64,000 nucleotides of DNA, taken from contig CAXXMV010000008.1 in NCBI GenBank assembly GCA_963662285.2, positions 1-64,000 on the forward strand, in the 5' to 3' direction. The DNA comes from a bacterium (GTDB lineage Bacteria > Hinthialibacterota > Hinthialibacteria > Hinthialibacterales > Hinthialibacteraceae). Made by a program: the position numbers and the translations under genes. This document shows, piece after piece, positions 1 to 10,831 of the stretch (position 1 is its first letter; each line of letters starts with the position of its first letter). The notes beneath the pieces were generated by a model, which did no database searches, was not told where the DNA came from, and saw only the letters and a list, made by a program, of their open reading frames with translations.

Positions 1-761
1 ACATCAGCCCGATTGATATCTGGAAAGATACGACTGAGTTGAATCAAATCGAGCAAATCTTCCAGCACGATTGAGTGATACATCGGGCTGCGTTCGTAGT
101 GTCCGCCATCAGCTAGTATCTGTTCTTTTATCTCACTACTTAATAGTTTCAAACCAGCGCAGAGCCACTCGTCAGTTTCATGACCCTCAAAAAAAATTCC
201 GGCGAACACCAGCGCCTTGCCATTGGCGATCAAGTGATTGCCTAATAAATGATACTCAATGCGTTTACGCAGAGAACGAACTTGCAGCGCCAGACAATCC
301 ACCATTCCAGGCGCCGGTTCATTCTCTTGCAACAACCATTTGATCCAATTCACAATACGTAATGAAGTAGGATACGGTTCCCAACCCGGTTGTGATACTG
401 GTGGATTATGATCAATCCAATGTGTAATCAAATCCACATGCCAGGCTTTCCTGTCCTTCGCATTATCAGCAGACAGATCGTCGAAATAATGCAGATGATA
501 GGCCGCTAAGCGGGGGATACCTTTTCCTGACCAATCCGTAGCGCTTGAGATTTTAATTTCCCGGTTTAACAAACGGTAACTGCGGGGATTGATCATCACT
601 GCCGGACGGTTGGAGTAGTTACTCCAAATACCTGAAGTTTGACGAAGCAACGGCGCCGGTTCACGACCAGGCATAGGCCGGTAAAACAAATTACGGATGC
701 GCCCATAAATTTGAACAGGTTTAAAATATCGAATAGTGTTTATATAACGCAGAAGATTCAT
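1..761 (-). CDS. Heparinase II/III-family (alginate-lyase-like N-terminus) protein of polysaccharide loci, 3' end runs off the window
   Basis: Not in the ORF track. Manual translation from ATG 761 (ATGA overlap with the stop of the upstream gene) is open to position 1: MNLLRYINTIRYFKPVQIYGR...YHLHYFDDL...GWEPYPTSLRIVNWIKW...IEYHLLGNHLIANGKALVFAG...EQILADGGHYERSPMYHSIVLEDL. These motifs are typical of this family, which usually follows the bi-domain oxidoreductase. Confidence 0.9.
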   Translation of the reverse strand, partial: MNLLRYINTIRYFKPVQIYGRIRNLFYRPMPGREPAPLLRQTSGIWSNYSNRPAVMINPRSYRLLNREIKISSATDWSGKGIPRLAAYHLHYFDDLSADNAKDRKAWHVDLITHWIDHNPPVSQPGWEPYPTSLRIVNWIKWLLQENEPAPGMVDCLALQVRSLRKRIEYHLLGNHLIANGKALVFAGIFFEGHETDEWLCAGLKLLSSEIKEQILADGGHYERSPMYHSIVLEDLLDLIQLSRIFPDINRAD

Positions 762-2893
762 CCGGACAGACTTTGCGCAATTTCAATTGTCACGCGGCTG
801 ACTTCCATAATTTCTGCATGAGGAATGGGAGAAGGCTTCCCATCCTGTACTGCTGCTAAAAAAGCTTGCATACAGTTTTGGTTGCCTTTATCCTGTTTCC
901 AGGATTTCATTTTGGTGAATCCCGGCCACCCGAAGCCTTGCAGTTTTCTAAAATTGTCCAGTTGTAATACTCTTCCGGCGCAAAAAACCTCCAAACGTTC
1001 TTTGGGGAATGATTTATGACCATTAGCGAAATAATGAATAGTTCCAATCGAACCATCCTGGAAAGTAAGCGTAATGCTGGATTTGTCATCCAGTATGCTT
1101 CCACTCCCGGCGTCGCCAATCTTTACTGCGGTGAAGGACGATATATTCGATCCGGCCAAAAAGCGCAGCAAATCCACAAAATGACAGGCTTCACCGATAA
1201 TCCTGCCGCCGCCTTCATTCTTGTCTTGAGTCCAATGTGATGCAGGAATATCGCCCGCGTTCACTGTCATGATGAAACACTTAGGCGCCCCGACGCTATC
1301 GAGCAGACTCTTCATCTTTTGTGTAAAGGAAGAAAAGCGCCGGTTAAATCCTACCATCAGTAATTGGTCTGGATTTGATGAATCTTCAATCTGCTGCAAT
1401 TCCTCCAGAGTCATACATAGAGGCTTCTCCACAAACACATGCTTGCCATGCTTCAAAGATTGATTGACATATTGCGCATGACTGCCATGCTGCGTAGCGA
1501 TGACGACAACATTGATATCTTGGTTAGTAAATATACTCTCAGCATTACTGCATGCTTCCCTAAAACCGAATTTCTTGCCAAACTGCGCTGCGTTGGCGCC
1601 CCCGGATGAAGCAATGGTATCAAGATTTGCGTTGAAACTTTGCAGAGCAGGCAGTAAAATCCTGGTCGAGTAACTCCCTGCCCCTATCATTCCAACTACT
1701 GGCTTTTGAGGCTCAATGGCAACGTCCTGAGTTTGCTTAATCAAAACGCTGGTTGCTTTCAGTTTTTGGGTTGAATTATCAGAATCAGTAGGATACTCAA
1801 ATAAAATCCCTAAATATGGTTCTTTGGAATGAAGCAATTGATAGGCTTTATGCGCCTCATCAAAAGGAAAACGATGACTGATAAGCGCTTCAACATTCAA
1901 AGCGCCTGACGCCATCGCATCAAGCACGGCCTGGAAATTCCGTTGTTCCGTCCAACGAACAAAACCAATGGGATAATCATGCCCCTTTTGTTCGTATTGC
2001 GCATCATAACGTCCCGGACCATAGGAACAGGAGACCTGGAATGATAATTCCTTCTCGTAAAAATCAGCGCGGGAAAGTTGCAGACCTATCACGCCGGTTA
2101 GAATTATCCGCCCGCGTTTTCTGCACATAAGAGCGGCTTGATGAACCGGCTGGTTGCTTTTGGTGGATGCCGTGATTATCACGCCATCAACGCCCATCCC
2201 TCTGGAGAAAGCCATAGCAGCAGCAACCGGGTCTTCCCCCAGCGAAACATCAACCGTCTCCACACCGAATGACCTAGCTATTTCCAATTTGGCGGGATCA
2301 GGATCAATCCCCATAACCCGGCAGCCATGAGCATGCAGCAGTTGCGCTGCAATTTGCCCGATCAAACCCATGCCCGTAACGACGAATGTTTCTCCCATTG
2401 TCGGCTGCGCCAGGCGTATACCATTTAGGCCGATAGCGGAAACCACAGTGAAAGCGGCCTGCGCATCATTGACGCTATCAGGAATCCGGGCGGTTAAATT
2501 AACTGGAGCGCACGCCATTTCCGCATGAGAACAATTACTGGCGACCCGGTCTCCGACATTGTAACCAGTAGTATAACTACCCACGCCTACCACAATTCCA
2601 GAATTACAATATCCCAACGGAATCGATTTATCCAACTTCGCTTGAATCGCTTCTATGGTCGACAAGAGTCCATCGGTACGGATTTTATCTATGGTCTGTT
2701 TTACTTTATCGGGTTGTTGCCGGGCTTTATTCAGCCAATTGGCTTTACCAAAATCAAGCATCATCCGCTCAGTACCTGCAGATAACAGACTGGCGCGAGT
2801 ACGGATTAACAGATGTCCAGCTTTTGGAGAAGGACAAGGAACATCCATCAGTTCCAATTCTCCAGTTTTCAATGATTGCAATAGTTGTTTCAT
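758..2893 (-). CDS. Bi-domain oxidoreductase (Zn-ADH/MDR-like + Gfo/Idh/MocA), nucleotide-sugar modification in polysaccharide synthesis
   Basis: SAGTERM, GMGLIGQ Rossmann motif, SCSYGPGRYD, second Rossmann IGAGSY, HVFVEKP, MVGFNRRF, GEACHFVD. Confidence 0.92.
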   Translation of the reverse strand: MKQLLQSLKTGELELMDVPCPSPKAGHLLIRTRASLLSAGTERMMLDFGKANWLNKARQQPDKVKQTIDKIRTDGLLSTIEAIQAKLDKSIPLGYCNSGIVVGVGSYTTGYNVGDRVASNCSHAEMACAPVNLTARIPDSVNDAQAAFTVVSAIGLNGIRLAQPTMGETFVVTGMGLIGQIAAQLLHAHGCRVMGIDPDPAKLEIARSFGVETVDVSLGEDPVAAAMAFSRGMGVDGVIITASTKSNQPVHQAALMCRKRGRIILTGVIGLQLSRADFYEKELSFQVSCSYGPGRYDAQYEQKGHDYPIGFVRWTEQRNFQAVLDAMASGALNVEALISHRFPFDEAHKAYQLLHSKEPYLGILFEYPTDSDNSTQKLKATSVLIKQTQDVAIEPQKPVVGMIGAGSYSTRILLPALQSFNANLDTIASSGGANAAQFGKKFGFREACSNAESIFTNQDINVVVIATQHGSHAQYVNQSLKHGKHVFVEKPLCMTLEELQQIEDSSNPDQLLMVGFNRRFSSFTQKMKSLLDSVGAPKCFIMTVNAGDIPASHWTQDKNEGGGRIIGEACHFVDLLRFLAGSNISSFTAVKIGDAGSGSILDDKSSITLTFQDGSIGTIHYFANGHKSFPKERLEVFCAGRVLQLDNFRKLQGFGWPGFTKMKSWKQDKGNQNCMQAFLAAVQDGKPSPIPHAEIMEVSRVTIEIAQSLSG

Positions 2894-2919
2894 AGTTATT
2901 ATTATACGCCCGATATTCT

Positions 2920-3978
2920 CTATTTCATAACATCGTACTTTAACAGTTCAATATAATCCTGACAACGATCATTCAGGATATCAACATATTTAGAAGGGAT
3001 ATCATTAAGATAGCGCTGGTTGACATTATTATTCAAAGGATACCAGCGTTCCCTGAATTTATGGCCGAATGGAATGGTGTGTTCTTTTTGGGGGATCATG
3101 TCATTCTGAAACGAAAGTCCGGTAAAATCACATAACTGCTGCACCGATGTTTCCGGCTGTTCCAGGAAATCTTCAAATTTCATTATGGTAAAATGCTGGA
3201 CTTTATCCTTATCTTCTAAAATGGATTTTAAGGAGTTGATCCAATGTTGCACGCATATCTCAAATCTCTCATCCAAACTCATAGTCGAGGAAAAACGCTT
3301 CATGTCGCCCGCCTTACCGATGGCTGCGCGGTAACAGGATGCGTATGGATTCCTGGAGATAAAAACAAAATGGGGATTAGCGTCCTTCAGTAAAGCGTTG
3401 ATAAACGCCATCCTGACTGTATAGGATTGGCTCTTATCCACAAACCGCTTCCCCTTACCCCCGCCGCCAAAACGGTGCAACGCCTCCCGAATCACCAGTT
3501 GGAGTTGTTCAGCCGTATCATCACTGTAATCTTGTTCATTTTGGCGAAAAGCGGGCAGTAACGAGTCGCAGCCATAGGCCCAACTGAATGGTGGAGTTAT
3601 TCGTTCATCGGCTTGCAGGTGTTCCAACGATTGCCCGTAAAGCGTGAGGCTGCTTGGCAGACGGTATTTCATCACATTTTGAATCTCATCAGCGCCAACC
3701 CAATAGTTGCAACCGCCGGTAATAGAAACCAGATCGCTATGATGACACAGCATGCGGGCGACCAAAGTCAATCCATCTCCCTGGTTGCCTACCAGAAAAA
3801 TTGGACGGTCAATTGAAACATGTGAATATCTACAAAAAAAACGACATGGATAAACCATCCAGTTATTACGTTTCCATAGATACCAGGCTTTATTGAGAAA
3901 AGAATAAAAAGGCCAATTTTGGATAGTCATTATTAAAGAAATACATTTGATAGTAATCAAACCAAGTTCCCCGGCCAT
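2920..3978 (-). CDS. Sulfotransferase-fold protein (Sulfotransfer_3-like), atypical PAPS loop; start may be ATG 3930
   Basis: RPIFLVGNQGDGLTLVARML (5'-PSB position), RFVDKS, FVFISRNPYA (3'-PB), MKFEDFLEQPETSVQQLCDFTGL. Confidence 0.7.
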   Translation of the reverse strand: MAGELGLITIKCISLIMTIQNWPFYSFLNKAWYLWKRNNWMVYPCRFFCRYSHVSIDRPIFLVGNQGDGLTLVARMLCHHSDLVSITGGCNYWVGADEIQNVMKYRLPSSLTLYGQSLEHLQADERITPPFSWAYGCDSLLPAFRQNEQDYSDDTAEQLQLVIREALHRFGGGGKGKRFVDKSQSYTVRMAFINALLKDANPHFVFISRNPYASCYRAAIGKAGDMKRFSSTMSLDERFEICVQHWINSLKSILEDKDKVQHFTIMKFEDFLEQPETSVQQLCDFTGLSFQNDMIPQKEHTIPFGHKFRERWYPLNNNVNQRYLNDIPSKYVDILNDRCQDYIELLKYDVMK

Positions 3979-4025
3979 GGGGATGTTCGTTCCAACCTTA
4001 TTATAACCGATCTATATCATGCCTT

Positions 4026-7000
4026 TTATTGTTGAACCGTATGTTGGCTTCTTGTTACAGTCGGCGTTGGCGTATATGTAGATACTGGAGTCGGCGTGAC
4101 AGTTGGCGTTGGCGTCGCAATTATTGGAATATCTTCCATCTGGTCTGACATACTCTGATTAGATATTACGGTTGCCGTTGGTGAATAAACCAACGGAATT
4201 GGCATAGCGCCAGCAGGCGACATTTCACCGCCTCCACCACCAGCCATCGGATTATCATAAAGGTATGCCGCACCCGAACTTGATCCATTATCATCGTTAT
4301 AAGGACAACCGATAATCATATAATCAGTACAGATAGCAACGCACCATCCAAATATATCACCCTTATTGGCGTCATAAGCGCAGATTTTTCGTTCTTCGTT
4401 CAACACGCCGCTCCAGCCTGCGCCGGGTTTTTCAAAGATGTACGCAGAACCTGAATTGTCACCCCAATCATCATCATAGATGCTACCGACTAAAACCGTG
4501 TCTCCGCAGATTCCCACTGACCGACCGAAACCATCGGAAACACTACCATCTGATGGTTGAAGTTTGGCGTCTTCAGAGGAAGAATCAGTCCAATTAGCAC
4601 CGGATTTCACATAAATGTATACCGAGCCGGAATTATAACCATTGTCATCATCATAATAGGCGCCAATGGCAACAGTATCACCGGATATAGAAACGTACAT
4701 CCCGAATTTATCTCCACCGGCTGCATCACTGGCAGTCAGTTTTGCTGTTTGAACCATATCCACCCAATTTATTCCCGGTTTTTCAAAGATATAAACAGAA
4801 CCGGAACTGGCCCCGGCGTCATCGTTTCGATAAGCGCCGGATACTATCGTATTTCCATCAATAGCAACGCAAAATCCGTTGTTATCATATGCCTCCCGAT
4901 CAGAGGCCCACAATTTTGCTGTCTGAGTCATGGATACCCAATTGGCGCCCGGTTTTTCAAATACATATATTGAACCGGCATCAGTTCGACCCCAATCATC
5001 ATCACTAGAACCTACTGCGATAGTATCACCTGAAATAGCCACGCTATTGCCGAATTTATCCAAAGCCCTGATATCGCTTGCTGTGAGCAGAGCGGTTTCC
5101 GTCATGTCAGTCCAACCAGTTAATGGTTTTTCAAATACATAGACTGCTCCAGCATCCGCCTGCACTCCAACATCAGCCTTTCTCGCACCGATTACAATCG
5201 TGTCGCCATCAACAGCCACCGACCATCCAAACAACGCTCCATTCTGTTCAACGGATGGAGTTAATTTGGCTGCATAACTCCAAGAATCGCCAATGCGCTC
5301 ATAAACGTATGCTGAACCAGAATCGGCCTGAACGCCATCGTGATATGGCGCACCGACCACTGCCGTGTTACCGTTCACCGCCACGTCACGTCCCAACTGA
5401 TCGCCTGCAATTACATCTAAACTTTCCACAACCTTAAATTCATTGGTTGGAATTGGCGTTGACGTGGGAAGCGGGGTTGCTTTTGGCGTTATATCCAGAA
5501 CATAACTATAGGCGGAACCAGAATTGTATCCGGCTACATCATCCAAAATCGAGCCGATGACAGCTATATTCTGGGCAATGAAGACAGACCGGCCATATTG
5601 ATCTCCGATACGGGCGTCAAAAGCGGTAATTTTCTCCGTCTCTGTCATATTCGCCCAACCACCAGCATCTTTTTCAAAAATATAGGCGGAACCGGAATTA
5701 CTGTCATTATCATCATCGTTGGATACGCCGATTACTGCTACATCACCATAGATCGAGACCGTCTTACCGAACTTATCTTCTTCTGCTCCATCTGATGAGA
5801 TTAGTTTGGCTGTTTCAGTACCATTGCTCCAGCCATTTTGAGGTTTAACGAACACATAGGCAGAGCCGGAATTAGTTCCGTTATCATCATCATCTATGGC
5901 GCCCGCTATCAGCGTATCCATTGAAAAAGCAACTGAATATCCTAATTTATCTCCAGCTGAAGCATCCGAAGCGCGTAGAACCGCTGTTTCTGTTGTGCTT
6001 CTCCAAATATCATAAAGCGGCTTCTCAAACAGGTAAATCGATCCAGCGTTAGTACCTCCGGTATCATCTCGGTAGACGCCAGCAGCGATTGTTTGTCCAC
6101 TAACCGCAACCGAGAACCCCAGGTAGTCGTAGGAAGCTCGATCAGATGCTTTCATTTTTGCGGTTTCTGTCATATCCGTCCAATTCGCGCCCGATTTTTG
6201 ATAAACATATACGGCGCCTGAACATATACGACCTGTATCGTCTCCATAAGCCCCAACCGCTATTATTTCAGAATTATTGGCGACAGAATTACCGAAACGG
6301 TCTCCACCCAAACCTTTTGATGCAATTAATTTGGCGGTTTGAGTCATGTCCTCCCAACCACCAATAGGTTTCTCATATACATAAACCACGCCAGTATCTG
6401 ATACCACTCCATCAGCAACCGGAGCGCCCACGATGATATCATCTCCACAAATTGAGACTGATGTTCCGAAACGATCCAATTCAGCGGCGTCGGAACTGGT
6501 TAGTTTAGCCAGGTAGGTCCAACTCCCTGCATTAAACTCAAAAACATAAGCGGCGCCGGTACTATTATTGTGATAGGGAGCGCCGATAACCGCGATGTTC
6601 TCATCAATGGCGACGCAACGTCCGAACTGATCAGCTGAGGCAATATCTATAGTCGGGAATTCGGCGGGATCGCCCAATTTATCTGTATCACTAATCAATG
6701 AAACGCTTCCTGCCGGACCAGTAAAAGCCTTGATACAGACGCTGGAATCAGTGAATCCCGCTCCCCAGGTTGTAATATCAGAATAGGATGATCCCGTGCT
6801 GCTGGCATAACCTTCTCCAGCGCTCGCCGTAGCAGACGAACTGTAATTAGTTATAGGGCTTTCCACTGGAACCGGGTAATTATTTGTAGTTCCCGTCGTG
6901 GTATTAAAACGCACGGCCACAAAGAAATCATTTCCATTGGTGATTGGAATTTCTGTATCCAAAGGCACAGTGTAATATCCCCGGTATTGAACAGAACCGG

Positions 7001-8201
7001 TTTGAGTGGAACCTAGTTGCGTCTCTAGCGCCGTTCCATTCATATTGTCATAGATGCGGATTTCATAAGACATGCCCGATGCGCTAGAATAAAAACCAAC
7101 CGCTTTGATATTTCCATCCGATTGGGCGACGAATTTGTTCGCTCCCCAATCATCTCCATCACCCCAACCGGCGCTGCCAGTCATTCCTAATTCATCATGA
7201 TAGTAAACCTTATCAAAATTAAGTAAGGAATCATCAAGATCTATTGGATGACCTAAACCATAATAAGCAATCCTGGAATCATAATAAGATATATAGTAAT
7301 AGCCGCTTTCACCCCAACTGCCGCCCCAACTATTGCGACAAATAAAGGCCCCATTACTGGCAGCAGCGGTATCCTTATTATCATCCCAGCCCACAATAGA
7401 GATGCAATGATTCGTATCGGCGCTGCCGCTATAATAATAGGTTGAATCCGCACTGCGATAATAGGAGTCGTTATGATAATAACAAGTATACAATGCGCCA
7501 TAATCCAATATAGCCTGTTTTATATAATCCAAGTCTGTCGGTCCGCTTCGATCAGGCATCCATACCCAGTTATCAACAAATCGCGTAGGACTGCAATCAG
7601 GACGGGCAACCAGATCGTAGGGATCATCCGTCTCTGAAACAGGACCATCGGTTCGGGCGAAATACGCTGTGCTCATTTGATGATTGCCGCCATCGCAGGG
7701 GAGGTTATCGAAACCGTGATAATTGTTCAGGTTGTTTTCTGAATAATCGTTTTGAACATCAGATAATCCCAATTCCTTTTTAAGATAACTCTCCAAACTG
7801 GCATAAGTAGCGAATGCCCAGCATGAGCCGCATGTACCTTGATCGCGTATTGATGTTAAAAAACCTTCTGTTCGTAAGTCATAACTGGGATCAGAAATAG
7901 TACCTAGAGGAGAAATATAGCTTCTTTCGCCGATGCTTGAACTACTTTTTTTAATTTTCAAATTTAGAGGATATGCATCTTCCTGACCGGGAATATGTAT
8001 TTCCGGTTCGATTGGTGAAGGAATAACGCCGGATTTATATTCCAAACCCATGAGATTATTAGAAGGCTGTAATTTTTTATTTTGGTATTTAATAAATTCT
8101 GGATTTAAAGGCGCCATTTCCTGCGCAAAAACGGAAGATACTACAAGAATAATATAAATAATTGAGCATAACCATGAACATGATCGCTTGTTATGATACA
8201 T
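4026..8201 (-). CDS. Secreted papain-family (C1A) cysteine protease + lectin-like domain + two FG-GAP beta-propellers + Pro/Thr-rich tail
   Basis: Start moved to ATG 8201 (GAGGTG RBS; the ORF track starts at 8243). Signal peptide ...VSSVFA|Q. Catalytic motifs QGTCGSCWAF, NHCISIVGW, RNSWG. About 14 repeats of D.FG.SVAI.G....VGA..DD....SGSAYIFEK in two blocks separated by TPKATPLPTSTPIPT. TPTPT tail. Confidence 0.9.
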   Translation of the reverse strand: MYHNKRSCSWLCSIIYIILVVSSVFAQEMAPLNPEFIKYQNKKLQPSNNLMGLEYKSGVIPSPIEPEIHIPGQEDAYPLNLKIKKSSSSIGERSYISPLGTISDPSYDLRTEGFLTSIRDQGTCGSCWAFATYASLESYLKKELGLSDVQNDYSENNLNNYHGFDNLPCDGGNHQMSTAYFARTDGPVSETDDPYDLVARPDCSPTRFVDNWVWMPDRSGPTDLDYIKQAILDYGALYTCYYHNDSYYRSADSTYYYSGSADTNHCISIVGWDDNKDTAAASNGAFICRNSWGGSWGESGYYYISYYDSRIAYYGLGHPIDLDDSLLNFDKVYYHDELGMTGSAGWGDGDDWGANKFVAQSDGNIKAVGFYSSASGMSYEIRIYDNMNGTALETQLGSTQTGSVQYRGYYTVPLDTEIPITNGNDFFVAVRFNTTTGTTNNYPVPVESPITNYSSSATASAGEGYASSTGSSYSDITTWGAGFTDSSVCIKAFTGPAGSVSLISDTDKLGDPAEFPTIDIASADQFGRCVAIDENIAVIGAPYHNNSTGAAYVFEFNAGSWTYLAKLTSSDAAELDRFGTSVSICGDDIIVGAPVADGVVSDTGVVYVYEKPIGGWEDMTQTAKLIASKGLGGDRFGNSVANNSEIIAVGAYGDDTGRICSGAVYVYQKSGANWTDMTETAKMKASDRASYDYLGFSVAVSGQTIAAGVYRDDTGGTNAGSIYLFEKPLYDIWRSTTETAVLRASDASAGDKLGYSVAFSMDTLIAGAIDDDDNGTNSGSAYVFVKPQNGWSNGTETAKLISSDGAEEDKFGKTVSIYGDVAVIGVSNDDDNDSNSGSAYIFEKDAGGWANMTETEKITAFDARIGDQYGRSVFIAQNIAVIGSILDDVAGYNSGSAYSYVLDITPKATPLPTSTPIPTNEFKVVESLDVIAGDQLGRDVAVNGNTAVVGAPYHDGVQADSGSAYVYERIGDSWSYAAKLTPSVEQNGALFGWSVAVDGDTIVIGARKADVGVQADAGAVYVFEKPLTGWTDMTETALLTASDIRALDKFGNSVAISGDTIAVGSSDDDWGRTDAGSIYVFEKPGANWVSMTQTAKLWASDREAYDNNGFCVAIDGNTIVSGAYRNDDAGASSGSVYIFEKPGINWVDMVQTAKLTASDAAGGDKFGMYVSISGDTVAIGAYYDDDNGYNSGSVYIYVKSGANWTDSSSEDAKLQPSDGSVSDGFGRSVGICGDTVLVGSIYDDDWGDNSGSAYIFEKPGAGWSGVLNEERKICAYDANKGDIFGWCVAICTDYMIIGCPYNDDNGSSSGAAYLYDNPMAGGGGGEMSPAGAMPIPLVYSPTATVISNQSMSDQMEDIPIIATPTPTVTPTPVSTYTPTPTVTRSQHTVQQ

Positions 8202-8324
8202 TATCCACCTCGTCAATAGCAAAATCTCTGACATATTTAACATAAGTATATAGCAAAAACCAATACAAAAAAAGAGAAAACATTAAAAATACATTACAAG
8301 AGATTTCAGTAAAATCATTTAGAT

Positions 8325-9593
8325 TTATATCATTCTACTATTTGGATAATGATTTCGACCAATCATAGAATTCCGGTTGCCAATATATCTATTAGTACGT
8401 ATTTTTTTTGGATACTCCACATGTAAAATACTAAACATAACGCCAACCAGAATATCATCAACAAAACCATAATGGGTAAACGAACCTATAAAAGCAATGC
8501 CGATGTAAATAACAGCAATGATTGCATAGGATTTCCGCTTTGATTGCTTAGTGCGATAAACTCTGAAAAAATAGTATAGAAAATTTCCGAATAAGTATAG
8601 ATAAAAAATAACGCCAACAACGCCATATCGCAAGACCATCGCAATGGGAGTAAAATGAACACTATGCAGTATCAATTCACCACGAAGAATATGATGATAA
8701 GTGAATGTCGCTCCATGTCCCTTGCCAAATATCTGTACAAACAAACTACTTCCCGACAGGTCTTCCATAATTATATAAACCTCTTCAAACAAACGAAGTT
8801 CTTGCATATCTTCAGCCTTAGTCGGTATCAACGTTAAACGTTTTAAGTTTTCTCCTACGAATTCACTGAGATCAGAGACAGAATACCAGGCGATAGGTAA
8901 GTTAACAAAAATCAAAATAATAAAGATATAAAATGGCACATATTTCCAGCGCAAACCAATTATTGCAATAGAAGATAAGGCAATACAAAATGCTAACGAA
9001 CGTTTTTGTCCTATAATAATTATAATTATTGAAAACAGCGACAACAGCGCATATTGCTTGGATATAAGTTTATTTCCCGGAAACATATAATAGGTAAACA
9101 CGATAAATGGAATCATATCATAAATCATCCCATATCGAATATTGCCGAATTGTGCATGGATAATAAGACGAAAAATCTCCATTACCAACATAATAACAGC
9201 AAAACGAATAAGAAAATCCTCATGATTGATGTATTTTTTGGCGTAGATATAAGCCAGAAATCCGGTCGGAAGCCAGAACAACTTAAAAATATCCTGAAAT
9301 ATATAAAGTAAATTATTGTGTTGAATAAAAGCCAACATCAAACCATAATAATTTATAAGTATAAAAACGACTATCAGGCGATAATAAAAGACGCGTTTGT
9401 TCATTTTCAGAAAATAATATAATATGAATGGAATTAAGGATAAAGCATAGAATGTAAAAATTATTCTAACTATAGAGAGAGAAAAGAAGCCGCGATCTAC
9501 TGTACGAAGATCCCACCATAGGATGCGTGAGGTGAATACAGTGCATAGAGCCAATAAAAAGAGATATGGTTTTGGCATTCTAAGAAAGATCAT
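8325..9593 (-). CDS. Polysaccharide polymerase Wzy / O-antigen ligase-like membrane protein
   Basis: About 10-11 hydrophobic segments, GQKRS, periplasmic loop with FGKGHG and a His (HSVHFT), very low GC, located next to a flippase. Confidence 0.75.
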   Translation of the reverse strand: MIFLRMPKPYLFLLALCTVFTSRILWWDLRTVDRGFFSLSIVRIIFTFYALSLIPFILYYFLKMNKRVFYYRLIVVFILINYYGLMLAFIQHNNLLYIFQDIFKLFWLPTGFLAYIYAKKYINHEDFLIRFAVIMLVMEIFRLIIHAQFGNIRYGMIYDMIPFIVFTYYMFPGNKLISKQYALLSLFSIIIIIIGQKRSLAFCIALSSIAIIGLRWKYVPFYIFIILIFVNLPIAWYSVSDLSEFVGENLKRLTLIPTKAEDMQELRLFEEVYIIMEDLSGSSLFVQIFGKGHGATFTYHHILRGELILHSVHFTPIAMVLRYGVVGVIFYLYLFGNFLYYFFRVYRTKQSKRKSYAIIAVIYIGIAFIGSFTHYGFVDDILVGVMFSILHVEYPKKIRTNRYIGNRNSMIGRNHYPNSRMI

Positions 9594-10831
9594 TGGACAC
9601 GATCAACTTTCGCATATATCAGCATCATCATAAAGAACAAAATCTCTACTATCACGCAGCTATAAAAGATACCCGAAACACCATAAATACTATTCAAAAA
9701 AGATATCAACGCCATAAAAAGAATAATGGCGCCGACAAGAATAATTATAATACGGTGACTGATATTTTCTGCAATTCCCAACAGACGAATCATCTGGTTG
9801 GCGCAAAGAAATGGCATAGAGAATACAATGATGCGAAGAGCGTAACCATAATCGGTATATTCCACCCCAAAAACCGCCATAATTGAATCGGAAAAAAAAT
9901 AAAAAACAGAGGATATAGTACAGCCTACCATAAATGTTACAGCAACTGCGGGAAACAATATTTTGGACAAAGAGGGGTTGCGTTTTTTTTTGTGCAATAA
10001 CGGCAGCAGAATCACCACCGAAATATTGGGTATCATCAAGGCGGCCTGATAAATCGATAAGACAATAGTAATCACAGAAGCATATTCCTTCATTCCCAGA
10101 AATGGCAACATCAAAACCGGCAGTTTTAAATACAAGCGGCTGGCCAATATGACGAATCCGGGCAGTATTTTATCTTGAGCCACGGAGAGAAGAGCTGCTG
10201 GATGCACCTGCGGCCAAGAGAAATGTACATAACGGGAAATATATGCATACGATAGTATCAAACGCGAATATTGCGTTAGCAATATGAGAATCATAATCAA
10301 ATACACAGATTGAATATTACAAAGAAAAAATATTAAAAAGCCGCTTAACAGAATCGTCTTTTCGCCTAAATTAAGTATGAAAGCCTTATGCCCCAAGGCG
10401 AGACCACGAAGCAATTGTATGCCTGGATCTGAAAGATTGAAATTCACTGCGATAAGGCTGAAACAAAATGAAAACAGAAAACCCTGTTTAAGGATAAAGC
10501 AAGCGTATAAACTAAAAGCCGGTATAACGAAAAGACTGAGGACTAATTTCCAACCATATATTTCTTCTACATAATTGCTAATGGTCTCTTTGCTCTGCTT
10601 GCCAATTTCACAGTAGGTTTTGTTCCGTAATCCAAAATCACTTATAGCGTTGAATATCATGGCATTGGCGAACATTAACATAAAAATATTAGCCTGCTCG
10701 ATATCCAGAATCCTGACAATAAAAAATATAGTAATAAAATCTGATAAACGTAGAAAGACATGACCAAATACAATGCCCATGGAATGTTTTGTAGTCAGAT
10801 AGGATAGAATAGTATTCAGGCGTAGAATCAT
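9590..10831 (-). CDS. Wzx-like oligosaccharide flippase
   Basis: About 12 TM segments, ISDFGL motif, 4-bp overlap with wzy. The ORF-track start (11023) would abut the RBS of the divergent gene, so ATG 10831 or 10780 is more likely. Confidence 0.75.
   Translation of the reverse strand: MILRLNTILSYLTTKHSMGIVFGHVFLRLSDFITIFFIVRILDIEQANIFMLMFANAMIFNAISDFGLRNKTYCEIGKQSKETISNYVEEIYGWKLVLSLFVIPAFSLYACFILKQGFLFSFCFSLIAVNFNLSDPGIQLLRGLALGHKAFILNLGEKTILLSGFLIFFLCNIQSVYLIMILILLTQYSRLILSYAYISRYVHFSWPQVHPAALLSVAQDKILPGFVILASRLYLKLPVLMLPFLGMKEYASVITIVLSIYQAALMIPNISVVILLPLLHKKKRNPSLSKILFPAVAVTFMVGCTISSVFYFFSDSIMAVFGVEYTDYGYALRIIVFSMPFLCANQMIRLLGIAENISHRIIIILVGAIILFMALISFLNSIYGVSGIFYSCVIVEILFFMMMLIYAKVDRVQ

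Noticed and set aside
1-761. Heparin or alginate degradation system
   Set aside because: This subfamily sits in biosynthetic polysaccharide loci next to the bi-domain oxidoreductase; there is no catabolic context.
71-821. ORFs 71..343 and 639..821 (+)
   Set aside because: Antisense shadows of the heparinase II/III-like gene on the minus strand.
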